Source of the DNA: Phycisphaerae bacterium
GTDB taxonomy: Bacteria > Planctomycetota > Phycisphaerae > UBA1845 > Fen-1342
Assembly: GCA_963666925.2 (NCBI GenBank)
Contig: CAXXTC010000007.1
Span: 128,001-192,000 of the forward strand
Length of the DNA: 64,000 nt
Direction of reading: 5' to 3'
This document shows, piece by piece, positions 1-9,336 of the stretch. The translations under genes and the position numbers were made by a program. Each line of letters begins with the position of its first letter. Positions within the stretch are counted from its first letter, which is position 1. The notes beneath the pieces are model-generated. The model saw only the letters and a program-made list of their open reading frames with translations, was not told the DNA's origin and did no database searches.

Positions 1-356
1 CGCGCGTCGGCCGCCAGCTCTGCGATTTCCTCGACGGTATATTCGTACGCGTCGTCCGCCGGCGCCCCATGCGGGTTGAAATCGCGGCGAAACGCGCAGA
101 ACGAGCAGCTCAGCACGCAGATATTCGTGTAGTTGATGTGCCGGTTGATGTTGTAGAACGCCGACCGCCCGTGCAGCCGATCGCGAACTTCTGTCGCCAG
201 TCGCCCCAACCCGTGCAAGTCCGGCGTTTCGAACAGAACTAGCCCGTCGTCCAGGCTCAACCGCTGGTTGGAGCCAACCTTCTCAGCAATCTCTTCCAGC
301 CGGCGATCCGTAAATGTGATTCGTGCCGATATCGTTTCGTCGGGAGCGGTTTTCAT
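1..356 (-). CDS. mqnE: Radical SAM protein, MqnE/CofH-like (probable aminofutalosine synthase); runs off the left edge
   Basis: Manual minus-strand translation from ATG at 356: MKTAPDETISARITFTDRRLEEIAEKV...FYNINRHINYTNICVLSCSFCAF, with the CxxxCxxC motif in the NxxxHINYTN context typical of MqnE/MqnC. Confidence 0.75.
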   Translation of the reverse strand, partial: MKTAPDETISARITFTDRRLEEIAEKVGSNQRLSLDDGLVLFETPDLHGLGRLATEVRDRLHGRSAFYNINRHINYTNICVLSCSFCAFRRDFNPHGAPADDAYEYTVEEIAELAADA

Positions 357-549
357 ATCTCGTCCAGCGTCAACGTCCGATACGCGCCGGTAAGTGGCTT
401 GCCCGGCAGTGGTTTCTCAACGCGGGTGGCTGCTGCGATGTCGCCGATTGTAACATGCGGGAACAAATGCCGCCGCTTGGCGGTTATGCCCGACAGAATC
501 GCAGATGAAATGATTATCCGCCCTCCTGTGGCGGCACGGAGAGCAACCC

Positions 550-1125
550 ATGAAGGGCAACCTGGGGCCACTCGTGATGATCGCACTGCTGGCGGGCTAC
601 GTGATCTTCCGCCTGGCCAGTCCGGCCGGCTCAACCTGAGGGGCATTGCCCGTTGCGCCCGGTTCGGGTCGCACCGCTGTCGCCAATACCGCGCCGCCCA
701 CGCCCACCTTCGAGGCCGACACCCTCGCCGGCCAGCACCTCAATTTCCCGGACGACTTCTCGGGCAAGCTCGTGCTGCTCGATTTCTGGGCCACCTGGTG
801 CGGATCCTGCCGCGCCCAACTGCCCCAGCTCGTCGAGCTGAACAAACAGTATTCGGACCAGGGCCTGCAAATCGTCGGCATCACCCTGGACGCCTTCCAG
901 CGCGTTTCCGCCGACCGTGTGAAACAGTTCACCAAAGACAACAACATGCCCTGGCCACAGGTGTACGCTGACGCTACGCAGGTCGCTCAGAAGTTCGGCG
1001 TCTCGGCCATCCCCGCGGTTTTTCTCATCGACGGCAGCACTGGCCGGCTGATCGCGTCCGGTAAGGACCTTCACGGCGATACGCTCAACGCCACAATCAA
1101 AAAAAACCTCCCAGCCCGCAACTGA
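550..1125 (+). CDS. TlpA/ResA-like thiol-disulfide oxidoreductase with N-terminal membrane anchor; in-frame TGA at 637-639 (possible selenocysteine)
   Basis: ATG 550 (GGAG upstream) is in frame with track ORF 646..1125; hydrophobic N-terminus MKGNLGPLVMIALLAGYVIFRL; LLDFWATWCGSC motif. Confidence 0.8.
651..677 (+). promoter_or_regulatory. Candidate bacterial SECIS hairpin
   Basis: TGCG-CCC-GGTTC-GGG-T-CGCA stem-loop; G-starting apical loop about 21 nt after the in-frame TGA. Confidence 0.4.
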
Positions 1126-1368
1126 ACGCTGCAACGTCTAGACCCGACGCGGGTATCAACTCTCGGAACACAGAGACTCAGAACGCTTGCTAGTGCCTCC
1201 CTACCTTCCGCGGTGCCGGCGGCCAGAGGACCGAATCGTTTTCGGACTACCCCTTTGGCCGCCGGCACCTTGCCTTTTGGCTCATTCCTCCCACCTCGCT
1301 ATCATGCGGACGCAAAACCAGTCCCCCGGCTCATCGCCAGGGGACCACGACACTTAGGAGACAAACTC

Positions 1369-1614
1369 ATGCAGGTGTTCTGGACCGGCGGCGGACCTGG
1401 GGGATTCTGGTTTGGGCCAGCCCTGCTCGGCGTGCTGCTGATCCTGCTCGGAATATTGCTCTACATCGTCCCCCAACTCCTCGCCTACGTCGTCGCCGGA
1501 ATCTTCATCATCTCCGGTTCCGGACTGCTCGCCACCGCCTGGCGCATGCGACAACAAATCACGTACCGCCGAATCGAACGCGACGACGATTCCCCCAACT
1601 TCCCCTTCCAATAA
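1369..1614 (+). CDS. Small membrane protein (two predicted TM helices)
   Basis: AGGAG RBS, ATG 1369, two hydrophobic segments. Confidence 0.7.
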   Translation: MQVFWTGGGPGGFWFGPALLGVLLILLGILLYIVPQLLAYVVAGIFIISGSGLLATAWRMRQQITYRRIERDDDSPNFPFQ

Positions 1615-1631
1615 TCACCTGACCGACAAAA

Positions 1632-1862
1632 TCAGGCCAGGAAGCTCTGCACCGTATCCAGGATGAGTTGGGCGCTCTCCGCTTCCTGCGCTTCCTCGGC
1701 CAAGTCGACAAGCGCACTCAGAAACGACGCAAACAGGCTCGTCGACGTCGTTATCAGCCCGTCCTCAACCGTGCTGCTGATGTTCTCGTCGCAGCCGTCC
1801 AGGAAAAAGGCCGATCCGCAGGCCAGAGCCGCGATTCGCCGCCAGATTCGCCAGGTGCGCAT
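1632..1862 (-). CDS. Small putative lipoprotein
   Basis: GGAG RBS; basic N-terminus, hydrophobic stretch, LDGC lipobox-like motif. Confidence 0.6.
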   Translation of the reverse strand: MRTWRIWRRIAALACGSAFFLDGCDENISSTVEDGLITTSTSLFASFLSALVDLAEEAQEAESAQLILDTVQSFLA

Positions 1863-2151
1863 GTTCAACTCCAATCCTGACAGATGGGTTACTTCGGCAG
1901 CATGTTAGTCCCTTCCCGACTGTTCTGCCAGGGCCGGGACGCTGCCGCCGGCGCACGCCCCACGTCCGCGTAACTCGTACCCGCCCCAACCCCCTCGGCG
2001 ATGCTTATAAGGCGTCGTGTTTCCCGGTTGATACGGGCCCGTTCAATTTCGTCTCACGCCGCCAGACCCGTGCCCGTTCTTCTTCAAGTCCCGCTGGGTG
2101 GCCACCGATGCTCCGATGGTATGGCAGTTTTGTATGGAGAACGCATCGTCA

Positions 2152-3990
2152 ATGTCCACGGATAACGTGCCACCGACATCTGCACCCGTGGGCCTGCGCC
2201 TCCGCCGGTACTTATGGGACGGCGTACTCCCCGAAGCCCTCGGGTTGGGCTTCGTGGCGATCATCCTGGGTGGCTTCGTGGCGGCATACTTCGTCGCGGA
2301 CTACTCCTGGTCACGCCAGACCGATGCCACCCATCAGTCCCAGGTGCAAACGTTGGCGCAGGTCACCGCAACCAGTCTCGGTGCGCTCGATGAGAACGAC
2401 GGCACCGGCACTCGCCTGCTCCTCCAGCAGCTCGGCGAACTGCCCACGCTCCAGACTGTCCGTTGGCTCACGCCCGCCGGTACCGTTCGCTGCGCTTGGC
2501 CGCCCACCCTCATCAACGCCCGCCCCGGTACCGCCGCCGCCGATCGCTGCACCGCAACAGTCCCCGTACGCACACCCACCGGCACCGACCTGGGCTCACT
2601 ACAGATCATCTGCGCCGCACCACCAATCGGCGGCTTCCGCGCCGCAATGCTCTGGACCTGGGGCATTGCCGCCGGCGTTACCCTGCTCGTGTTCGCCCTC
2701 GTCTATCACCGCCTCCGCCGACACCTCAAGCCCGTTGCGGCCATCGAACGAAACCTGCTCGGCTACGCCTCTGGCATCGAACACGAACTCGTCACGCTAA
2801 CCCTCAGCGACTCACTCGGCAGCGTCGCCCAGGGCTGGAACGCTCTCATCCGACAACTCGCCGACATCGAACAGAAAGTCAAGAGCACCCAGACCACCGG
2901 ACAGTCACAGGCTGTCCTCGCACGATTCGAGGGGGCCGTCTATCGACGACTCATCGACCACCTACCCTTCGGCGTGCTCAGTATCGGCGAGGACTGCGTG
3001 GTCAAGTATGCCAACGCGGCGGCCGGCGCCCTGCTCCATCGCGAACTCGACGTCGTCGTCGGGCACGTCGTCGACGAAGGACTCGACAACGCCGCCATCG
3101 CCCAAGCCATCGCCGGCGCCCGCTCCCGCACCGGCGCCAGCCTGACCGTCGACGATACCCGCGGCGAGGGCGACCAGGAGGTCACGCTGCGTTTTCGCAT
3201 CATGGCCCTGCCCGGACGCAGCGGCGGCGGCGAGTTGCTGGTGACTATCGAGGACATCGGCCAGCTACGCGAAAACGAACGTGCCCGCGACAGCTTCCTC
3301 TATCACGTCACTCACGAGCTGCGCACTCCACTCACCAATATCCACGCCTACGTCGAAACACTCATGCAGCCCGACTTCGACGACGAGCAGACCCGCAAGG
3401 AGTGCTATAACGTCATCATCAGCGAGACCCGCCGACTCTCACGTCTCGTCGAGGATATCCTCAGCGTCTCGCAGCTCGAAGTCGGCACCGCCCGCCTCGA
3501 AATGGACGACGTCGACCTGCTTCGGCTTGTCCGCCAGATGGTCCAGGACAATCTCGGCGGCGCCGACGAGTGCCAGATCGACCTTACGCTCGCCCTGCCG
3601 CCAAAGGTCCCCAAGATCAAGGGCGACAAGCAGAGACTCGCCGTCCTGTTCAACAACCTTATCGGAAACGCCATCAAGTACACGCCCGCCGGCGGCAAGG
3701 TCACCGTCCAGGTCGAAGTCGCCGACCAGTCCGTCCTCATTGCCATTACCGATACCGGCATCGGCATCGCCCCCGACGACCAGGCCCGAGTCTTCGAAAA
3801 GTTCTACCGCGCCGCCGACAACGCCGTTCAGGAAATCCCCGGCACCGGACTCGGCCTGGCACTCGCACGCGAGGTCGCTCGCCTGCATGGCGGCGACATC
3901 CGGCTCACGAGCCAGCTCGGCCAGGGCACTACTTTCACCATCGACTTGCCGGTTTCGCTTTCCCGGCACGCGGAGGTAACCCAGAAATGA
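2152..3990 (+). CDS. Membrane sensor histidine kinase (2 TM, PAS-like, HisKA, HATPase)
   Basis: HELRTPL H-box, NLIGNAIKY N-box, DTGIGI, GTGLGL; start chosen after GGAGA. Confidence 0.93.
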   Translation: MSTDNVPPTSAPVGLRLRRYLWDGVLPEALGLGFVAIILGGFVAAYFVADYSWSRQTDATHQSQVQTLAQVTATSLGALDENDGTGTRLLLQQLGELPTLQTVRWLTPAGTVRCAWPPTLINARPGTAAADRCTATVPVRTPTGTDLGSLQIICAAPPIGGFRAAMLWTWGIAAGVTLLVFALVYHRLRRHLKPVAAIERNLLGYASGIEHELVTLTLSDSLGSVAQGWNALIRQLADIEQKVKSTQTTGQSQAVLARFEGAVYRRLIDHLPFGVLSIGEDCVVKYANAAAGALLHRELDVVVGHVVDEGLDNAAIAQAIAGARSRTGASLTVDDTRGEGDQEVTLRFRIMALPGRSGGGELLVTIEDIGQLRENERARDSFLYHVTHELRTPLTNIHAYVETLMQPDFDDEQTRKECYNVIISETRRLSRLVEDILSVSQLEVGTARLEMDDVDLLRLVRQMVQDNLGGADECQIDLTLALPPKVPKIKGDKQRLAVLFNNLIGNAIKYTPAGGKVTVQVEVADQSVLIAITDTGIGIAPDDQARVFEKFYRAADNAVQEIPGTGLGLALAREVARLHGGDIRLTSQLGQGTTFTIDLPVSLSRHAEVTQK

Positions 3991-4370
3991 GTCGCATTCT
4001 CGTTGCCGAGGACGACCCGCACATTCTGCGGTTGATCAGCATGTGGCTCAAACGCCAGAACCACGACGTGATCGAGGCCCGTAACGGGCTCATCGCCCGC
4101 GACCTCATCCGTGAGCACCCCGTCGATATCCTGATCTCCGACGTGAACATGCCCGGAATCGACGGCCTCGAACTCGTCGAAATGGCCCTCGACGAAGACC
4201 GCGTCCAACGCGGCGTCGTCGTCCTGACCAATCGTTGGGACCACGGCGACATTCGTGTTCGACTCTCACAACGCGGCGTGCAGGTGCTCCCCAAACCTTT
4301 CAGCCCATCACGTCTCGCTGAAGTAGTGGACGGGCTGCTCGCGTCCCACGTTACGAAACCACCGGCCTAG
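3987..4370 (+). CDS. Single-domain response regulator (REC)
   Basis: MSRILVAEDD...ISDVNMPGIDG...KPF; ATGA overlap with the kinase stop. Confidence 0.92.
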   Translation: MSRILVAEDDPHILRLISMWLKRQNHDVIEARNGLIARDLIREHPVDILISDVNMPGIDGLELVEMALDEDRVQRGVVVLTNRWDHGDIRVRLSQRGVQVLPKPFSPSRLAEVVDGLLASHVTKPPA

Positions 4371-4401
4371 GCCGGGCTCAGACAGCAAAGAGGTTGATGC
4401 A

Positions 4402-5946
4402 ATGTCAGCGGACAAGCGCACCGGTCCCGACGAGTTATTGCTTCGCGACCTCGTCGCGGGGATGTCGCTGCCCGTCTGCGCACCGCACGTTTCGGTGGGC
4501 ATAGTCGGTGGTGCAACCTTCGCTCCACAGCCGCCCGAGCACTGCCTCCGTACCTGTCTGGCGGACAATCCCGAAACCATCGCTTCCCGTGGCTGCGCTT
4601 TCCTCTCCGCCGCCGCCCGCAACGATGTCAACCCCGCTCACTTGCGCGGCGACCGCTGCCCCCAGGGCTACCGCGTCGCCGGACAGCACACCAACCTCGG
4701 TGGAGAGGCCGCCACGTTGCTGACCGTAGAGGGCGCGCTGCGCGGCGGAGTCCCCCAGCCCGATGGCGCCAACCTCCTCCAGCACCTCGATGCCGCCGGC
4801 CGTGTCGTCCAACGCGTCGGACAAATCCTCGAAGAAAACTCCGGCTTCGCCGACGAGGTCCTGCAAAACTACGAACAGCTCAACCTCATCTTCGACCTCA
4901 CCCAGCAGATCGTCCTCGTCACCGACGCAATCGCGATCGAGGATCTGCTGATGCGCCGTGTGGCCCATCTGCTCGGCGCGCCGGCCGTCTGTGTCTTCAC
5001 CCACGACAACGACGTACGCGTCTATCCGGACGGTAACGTCGCCAGCGATACGGTCACACCCGTCAGCGCGACCGACGCCGCTGCCGCCATCGATGTCGTC
5101 CGCAACACCCGCCGCGTACAGGTCACTCTCATCGGCGGACGCCAGGCCATTGCCGGGCCGCTGATCCGTCTCGACGACCACGTCGATGTTGCCGTCGCCG
5201 TCCGACGCCCGAATCGCGGCGCCTTCACTTCCGGCGACATGATGCTCATGGAGTCGGTGCTCGCATTCGGCGGACAGATCATCAGCAACAGCGAACTGCA
5301 TCAGCGCATGCGCTCGATGTCGTTGCAGGTCACCCGCGCACTGGTCGCCGCCATCGACAAGAAGGACCACTACACCAGCGGCCATTCCGAACGCGGCGGC
5401 TTCCTCACCCGCCTGATCGCCGAGGAGTTCGGCCTCAGCCAGACCGAGTTGCAGATCATGGAATGGGCCGGCCTGCTCCACGACGTCGGCAAGATCGGCA
5501 TTCCCGAGGAAATCCTCTGCAAGCCCGGCAAGCTTACCCCGGAAGAGTACGAGGTCATCAAGCAGCATCCCCGCATGGGCTACGAGATCCTCAAGCCAAT
5601 CTCCAGCCTCGGAATGGTGCTCGACGGCGTACTCTATCACCACGAACATCCCGACGGCAGCGGCTATCCCGAAGGCCTCAAGGGCGACCAGATCCCGTTC
5701 GTCGCACGCATCATTCACGTCGCCGACACTTTCGATGCCCTGACCTCAACCCGTTCATATCGCCAGGCCTTCAGCGTCGAAAAAGCTTTCGAGATCATTC
5801 GCACTGAGCGCGGCACACGCATCGACACCGAGGTGGCCGACGTGTTCTTCCGCGCCTTCGAACGCTTCTGTCGCGAACAGCCCGAAGAGTACGTGCGCCA
5901 GTTCCCCAACCTCCACACCCCGGAGGAAAAACATGTTGGCGTGTGA
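4402..5946 (+). CDS. GAF-like + HD-GYP c-di-GMP phosphodiesterase
   Basis: GHSER, LLHDVGKIG, HHEHPDGSGYP, ADTFDALTSTRSYR motifs. Confidence 0.92.
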   Translation: MSADKRTGPDELLLRDLVAGMSLPVCAPHVSVGIVGGATFAPQPPEHCLRTCLADNPETIASRGCAFLSAAARNDVNPAHLRGDRCPQGYRVAGQHTNLGGEAATLLTVEGALRGGVPQPDGANLLQHLDAAGRVVQRVGQILEENSGFADEVLQNYEQLNLIFDLTQQIVLVTDAIAIEDLLMRRVAHLLGAPAVCVFTHDNDVRVYPDGNVASDTVTPVSATDAAAAIDVVRNTRRVQVTLIGGRQAIAGPLIRLDDHVDVAVAVRRPNRGAFTSGDMMLMESVLAFGGQIISNSELHQRMRSMSLQVTRALVAAIDKKDHYTSGHSERGGFLTRLIAEEFGLSQTELQIMEWAGLLHDVGKIGIPEEILCKPGKLTPEEYEVIKQHPRMGYEILKPISSLGMVLDGVLYHHEHPDGSGYPEGLKGDQIPFVARIIHVADTFDALTSTRSYRQAFSVEKAFEIIRTERGTRIDTEVADVFFRAFERFCREQPEEYVRQFPNLHTPEEKHVGV

Positions 5947-7183
5947 TCTGGCGCTGCTGTTTCCACTGGCCGACGGCGCCAATGCCACGCCGCTGCTGGC
6001 CAGCGAGGGCAGAATCCTGCTAATCGGCCTCACCGTTGCCGGCGTTGCCCTGCTGATCGGTACCGTCAGCCTCTGGCTGAATCGCCGCCGATCCGCCGAC
6101 ACTACCTTTCCCCAACTCGAACCCCACGGCGTACAACACCCGATCCTGCCGGCCTTACAGCACGAAGAATCCACCACCCTCGGACCAATCACAACCGCAA
6201 TCCAACGCTGGCTGGATGAGTTGAGCGAGGCCCGGGACATCTGGGGCACCCTCGATCTGCTAATCCGCCAGGTGCTTGCCCAGCAGCTTAACGCCCGGCA
6301 CGTACGCTGCTATCACGTGCGTTCCGGCCACGATACCATCGAGCCGCTGACCTCCTCACCGAATACCACCCCGACCGAGAGCAGTGCTCGCGCCGGCGTC
6401 CTCGGCCACGTCGCCACAACCGGTCGCGAGTACCTCGCCGACGACCCCTCGCACGGCGAACTCGTCGACGACCTCGCCGCACGCTGTCGCGAACATTGGG
6501 CCTGGGTCTGGCCCGTGATCGGAACCGACGGACCCATCGGCGTCATCGCCGTCGGAGAGAGCACCGGCCCAGCCGATACTATCGCCACACACCGCGCCGC
6601 CGTCGCCCAGTTGCTCACCTTCTGTTGGCGACACGTCCTCGCCACCGAGCAGTTGCAGCTCGTTCGCCGTACCGACCACGCTTCCGGCGTGCTTACCCGG
6701 CACGAGTTCTTCACGCTCGCCGAGAGCGCCCTGAACGACTCCTACGCCGCCAACGAGCCCGTCGTCGTCGCTGTCCTGGTACTCGAAGGGCTCCGCGGCC
6801 TTGATGACGACGGACGCTGGCGCGAACGTGACGGATTGGTCGAGCAGGTCGGCCGCCTGATCGCCGCACGAGTACGCAGCGACGACCTAGTCGGACGCTT
6901 CGCCGACGATCGCTTCGTCGTCCTGCTACGCCGACTCGATAGCGGGCTCGGCCGCCTGATCGCCGAGAAGATGCTGATCGCCATCAACGAAACCATCGGC
7001 GAACTCGGCGAGCTGCGCGAAGTCGTACGCCTGCGACTCGGACTGTCCGGCTCCGGCCTGCGCCAACCCGCCTTCACCGAACTGCTCGAGCGGGCCTTCG
7101 ATGCCGTCGAACGCGCCCGCACTGCCAATGTCTCGCTCGAATGCGATCTCCCCACGCACGGCACGCCTGGACAACAGTCATGA
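5933..7183 (+). CDS. Membrane-anchored GAF + degenerate GGDEF protein (probable c-di-GMP receptor)
   Basis: N-terminal TM; RSDD-LVGRF-ADDRF (RxxD I-site retained, GGDEF replaced by ADDRF). Confidence 0.8.
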   Translation: MLACDLALLFPLADGANATPLLASEGRILLIGLTVAGVALLIGTVSLWLNRRRSADTTFPQLEPHGVQHPILPALQHEESTTLGPITTAIQRWLDELSEARDIWGTLDLLIRQVLAQQLNARHVRCYHVRSGHDTIEPLTSSPNTTPTESSARAGVLGHVATTGREYLADDPSHGELVDDLAARCREHWAWVWPVIGTDGPIGVIAVGESTGPADTIATHRAAVAQLLTFCWRHVLATEQLQLVRRTDHASGVLTRHEFFTLAESALNDSYAANEPVVVAVLVLEGLRGLDDDGRWRERDGLVEQVGRLIAARVRSDDLVGRFADDRFVVLLRRLDSGLGRLIAEKMLIAINETIGELGELREVVRLRLGLSGSGLRQPAFTELLERAFDAVERARTANVSLECDLPTHGTPGQQS

Positions 7184-7518
7184 AAGTGCATTGCCAGCCA
7201 CACGGGAAGGTCACTGTGCTCGTGCCGCACGGGCCACTCGTTACCGACGAAGTCGTCTACCTGCGCTGTAGTATCGAAGAGGCCGTCGCGTCGGCTGCCA
7301 AACGCGTCGTCATTGACATGGCCGACGTGCCATACCTAGACAGCGCCGGCATCGAGCTCCTGCTCGAAACTTGTGGCTTGCAGCTCTCAACCGCGCAGCG
7401 CCCCAAGCTGGCCGCCTTCAGCGAAACCTGCCGCGAGGCGCTCGAATTGACCGATGTTCTGCCCCGACTCGAAGCCTTCGACTCCGTGGATAGTGCCCTG
7501 CGGAGTTGCCAACGCTGA
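7180..7518 (+). CDS. STAS domain protein (anti-sigma factor antagonist-like)
   Basis: VVIDMADVPYLDSAGIELL motif; ATGA overlap. Confidence 0.88.
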   Translation: MKVHCQPHGKVTVLVPHGPLVTDEVVYLRCSIEEAVASAAKRVVIDMADVPYLDSAGIELLLETCGLQLSTAQRPKLAAFSETCREALELTDVLPRLEAFDSVDSALRSCQR

Positions 7519-7533
7519 TGAAGGAGGGTTCTC

Positions 7534-9276
7534 GTGGGTTCCTTGCAGCGCACCAACCGGCTCGGACAACTCCTCGTTGACGAGGGGCTCGTCACCGCCG
7601 ATGACCTGCGCCGCGCCCTCGATGCCCAGAACAAGGACAACAAACGCCTCGGCGAGCAACTCATCGAACTCGGAATCCTCTCGCCCAGGGCCATGCTCAG
7701 CGCCCTCGCCAAGCAGCTCGATGTCAAGTGCTGCCAGCTCCGCCACGGATTGATCGACCCCGCCATCGCCCGCCTGCTCGATCTCGACGAAGCTACCCGG
7801 CTCAAGACCCTGCCACTCTTCAAGGTCGGCGACGTCCTCACCGTCGCCATGGCCGAGCCCCAGTCGCTGCCGACCATCGACCGACTCAGTGCGCTCACCG
7901 GCTGCCAGGTCAACCCCGTCCTCGCGCTCGAAAACAACATCGTCGAGTTCCAGGAAAAGTACCTCGGTGAGCAGGTTGATATCGACTCTTTCCTCGTCAA
8001 TCTCACCGAGAGCGAGGTCAAGGTCGTCGAACGCGAAACCATCGACGACGAGAACGCCCACGAAATCAGCCGCATGGTCGACGGCAGCCCGATCGTCAAC
8101 CTCGTCAACCTGGCAATCATGACCGCCATCCGTGACAAGGCCAGCGATATTCACGTCGAGCCCACCAGGCAGGTTACGCGGATTCGCTATCGCATCGACG
8201 GCAGCCTGCGCGAGCTGATGTCTGCCCCCAACAGCATGCACGCCGCCATCGTCTCACGCATCAAGGTCATTGGAAAAATGGACATCGCCGAACGCCGACT
8301 GCCCCAGGAGGGCCGCGTCCACGTCGTCGCCGAGGGCCGCGACATCGACCTCCGCGTTTCGTCTATCCCGACCCTGCTCGGCGAAAAAATCGTCATGCGT
8401 ATCCTCGACCAGACCAACTTGGACATCTCGCTCGACAAGCTCGGCCTCTACCCCGAGCAGGTCGCCGCCTTCCGCCGAATCTTCTCCAAGCCGCACGGCA
8501 TCGCACTCGTCACCGGCCCAACCGGCAGCGGCAAAACCACCACGCTTTACTCGGTCATCGACCTGATCTCCTCACCCGAGAAAAACATCGTGACCATCGA
8601 GGATCCCGTCGAGTACCAGCTCGACGGCATCAACCAAATCCAGGTCAACGAAGCCGTCGGAATGTCCTTCGCCCGCGCCCTGCGATCCATCCTCCGCCAG
8701 GACCCCGATATCGTTATGGTCGGCGAGATCCGCGATTCCGACACCGCCCGCGTCGCCATTCAGGCTGCTCTCACCGGCCACCTCGTTCTCTCCACTCTCC
8801 ATACCAACAACGCCCCCGGCGCCTTCATCCGCCTCGTCGACATGGGCGTCGAACGTTACCTGCTTGCCTCCGCTTTCAACGGCGTCGTCGCTCAGCGACT
8901 GGCACGCACCATCTGCCCATATTGCCGCACCTCCTACTACCCCTCGGAAAGCGCCCTCTCCGATGCCGGCTGGCTCGGCGACGCCGACCGCGTTTTCTTC
9001 AAGGGCGAGGGCTGCAAGCAGTGCCACGACAGCGGCTTCCGCGGCCGAGCCGGAATCTACGAAGTCCTCGAAGTCACCGAGGAGGTTCAGAACGCCGTCC
9101 ACCGCGCCGAGGACGAGGACGAGATCAAGCAGGTTTGCCGCCGGCATGGTTGGCGCTCCCTGCGCGAGGAGGGCCTGCGACTGGTCGAGGATGAACGCTC
9201 TACCCTGGAAGAGGTCCTCCGCGTGACCCACGCCGAAACCGAGGACCGCACCCGTGCCGAGGTGGCCACCGTATGA
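7534..9276 (+). CDS. pilB: PilB/GspE/MshE-type assembly ATPase with N-terminal MshEN domain
   Basis: Two RLGxxLxxxG motifs; [11 protein letters not shown]alker [23 protein letters not shown] zinc motif. Confidence 0.93.
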   Translation: MGSLQRTNRLGQLLVDEGLVTADDLRRALDAQNKDNKRLGEQLIELGILSPRAMLSALAKQLDVKCCQLRHGLIDPAIARLLDLDEATRLKTLPLFKVGDVLTVAMAEPQSLPTIDRLSALTGCQVNPVLALENNIVEFQEKYLGEQVDIDSFLVNLTESEVKVVERETIDDENAHEISRMVDGSPIVNLVNLAIMTAIRDKASDIHVEPTRQVTRIRYRIDGSLRELMSAPNSMHAAIVSRIKVIGKMDIAERRLPQEGRVHVVAEGRDIDLRVSSIPTLLGEKIVMRILDQTNLDISLDKLGLYPEQVAAFRRIFSKPHGIALVTGPTGSGKTTTLYSVIDLISSPEKNIVTIEDPVEYQLDGINQIQVNEAVGMSFARALRSILRQDPDIVMVGEIRDSDTARVAIQAALTGHLVLSTLHTNNAPGAFIRLVDMGVERYLLASAFNGVVAQRLARTICPYCRTSYYPSESALSDAGWLGDADRVFFKGEGCKQCHDSGFRGRAGIYEVLEVTEEVQNAVHRAEDEDEIKQVCRRHGWRSLREEGLRLVEDERSTLEEVLRVTHAETEDRTRAEVATV

Positions 9277-9336
9277 ACGTCAACACGCCGCAACCACTGC
9301 ACCGATTGACCGTTCCGCCGACCCGCGAGGTGAAGC

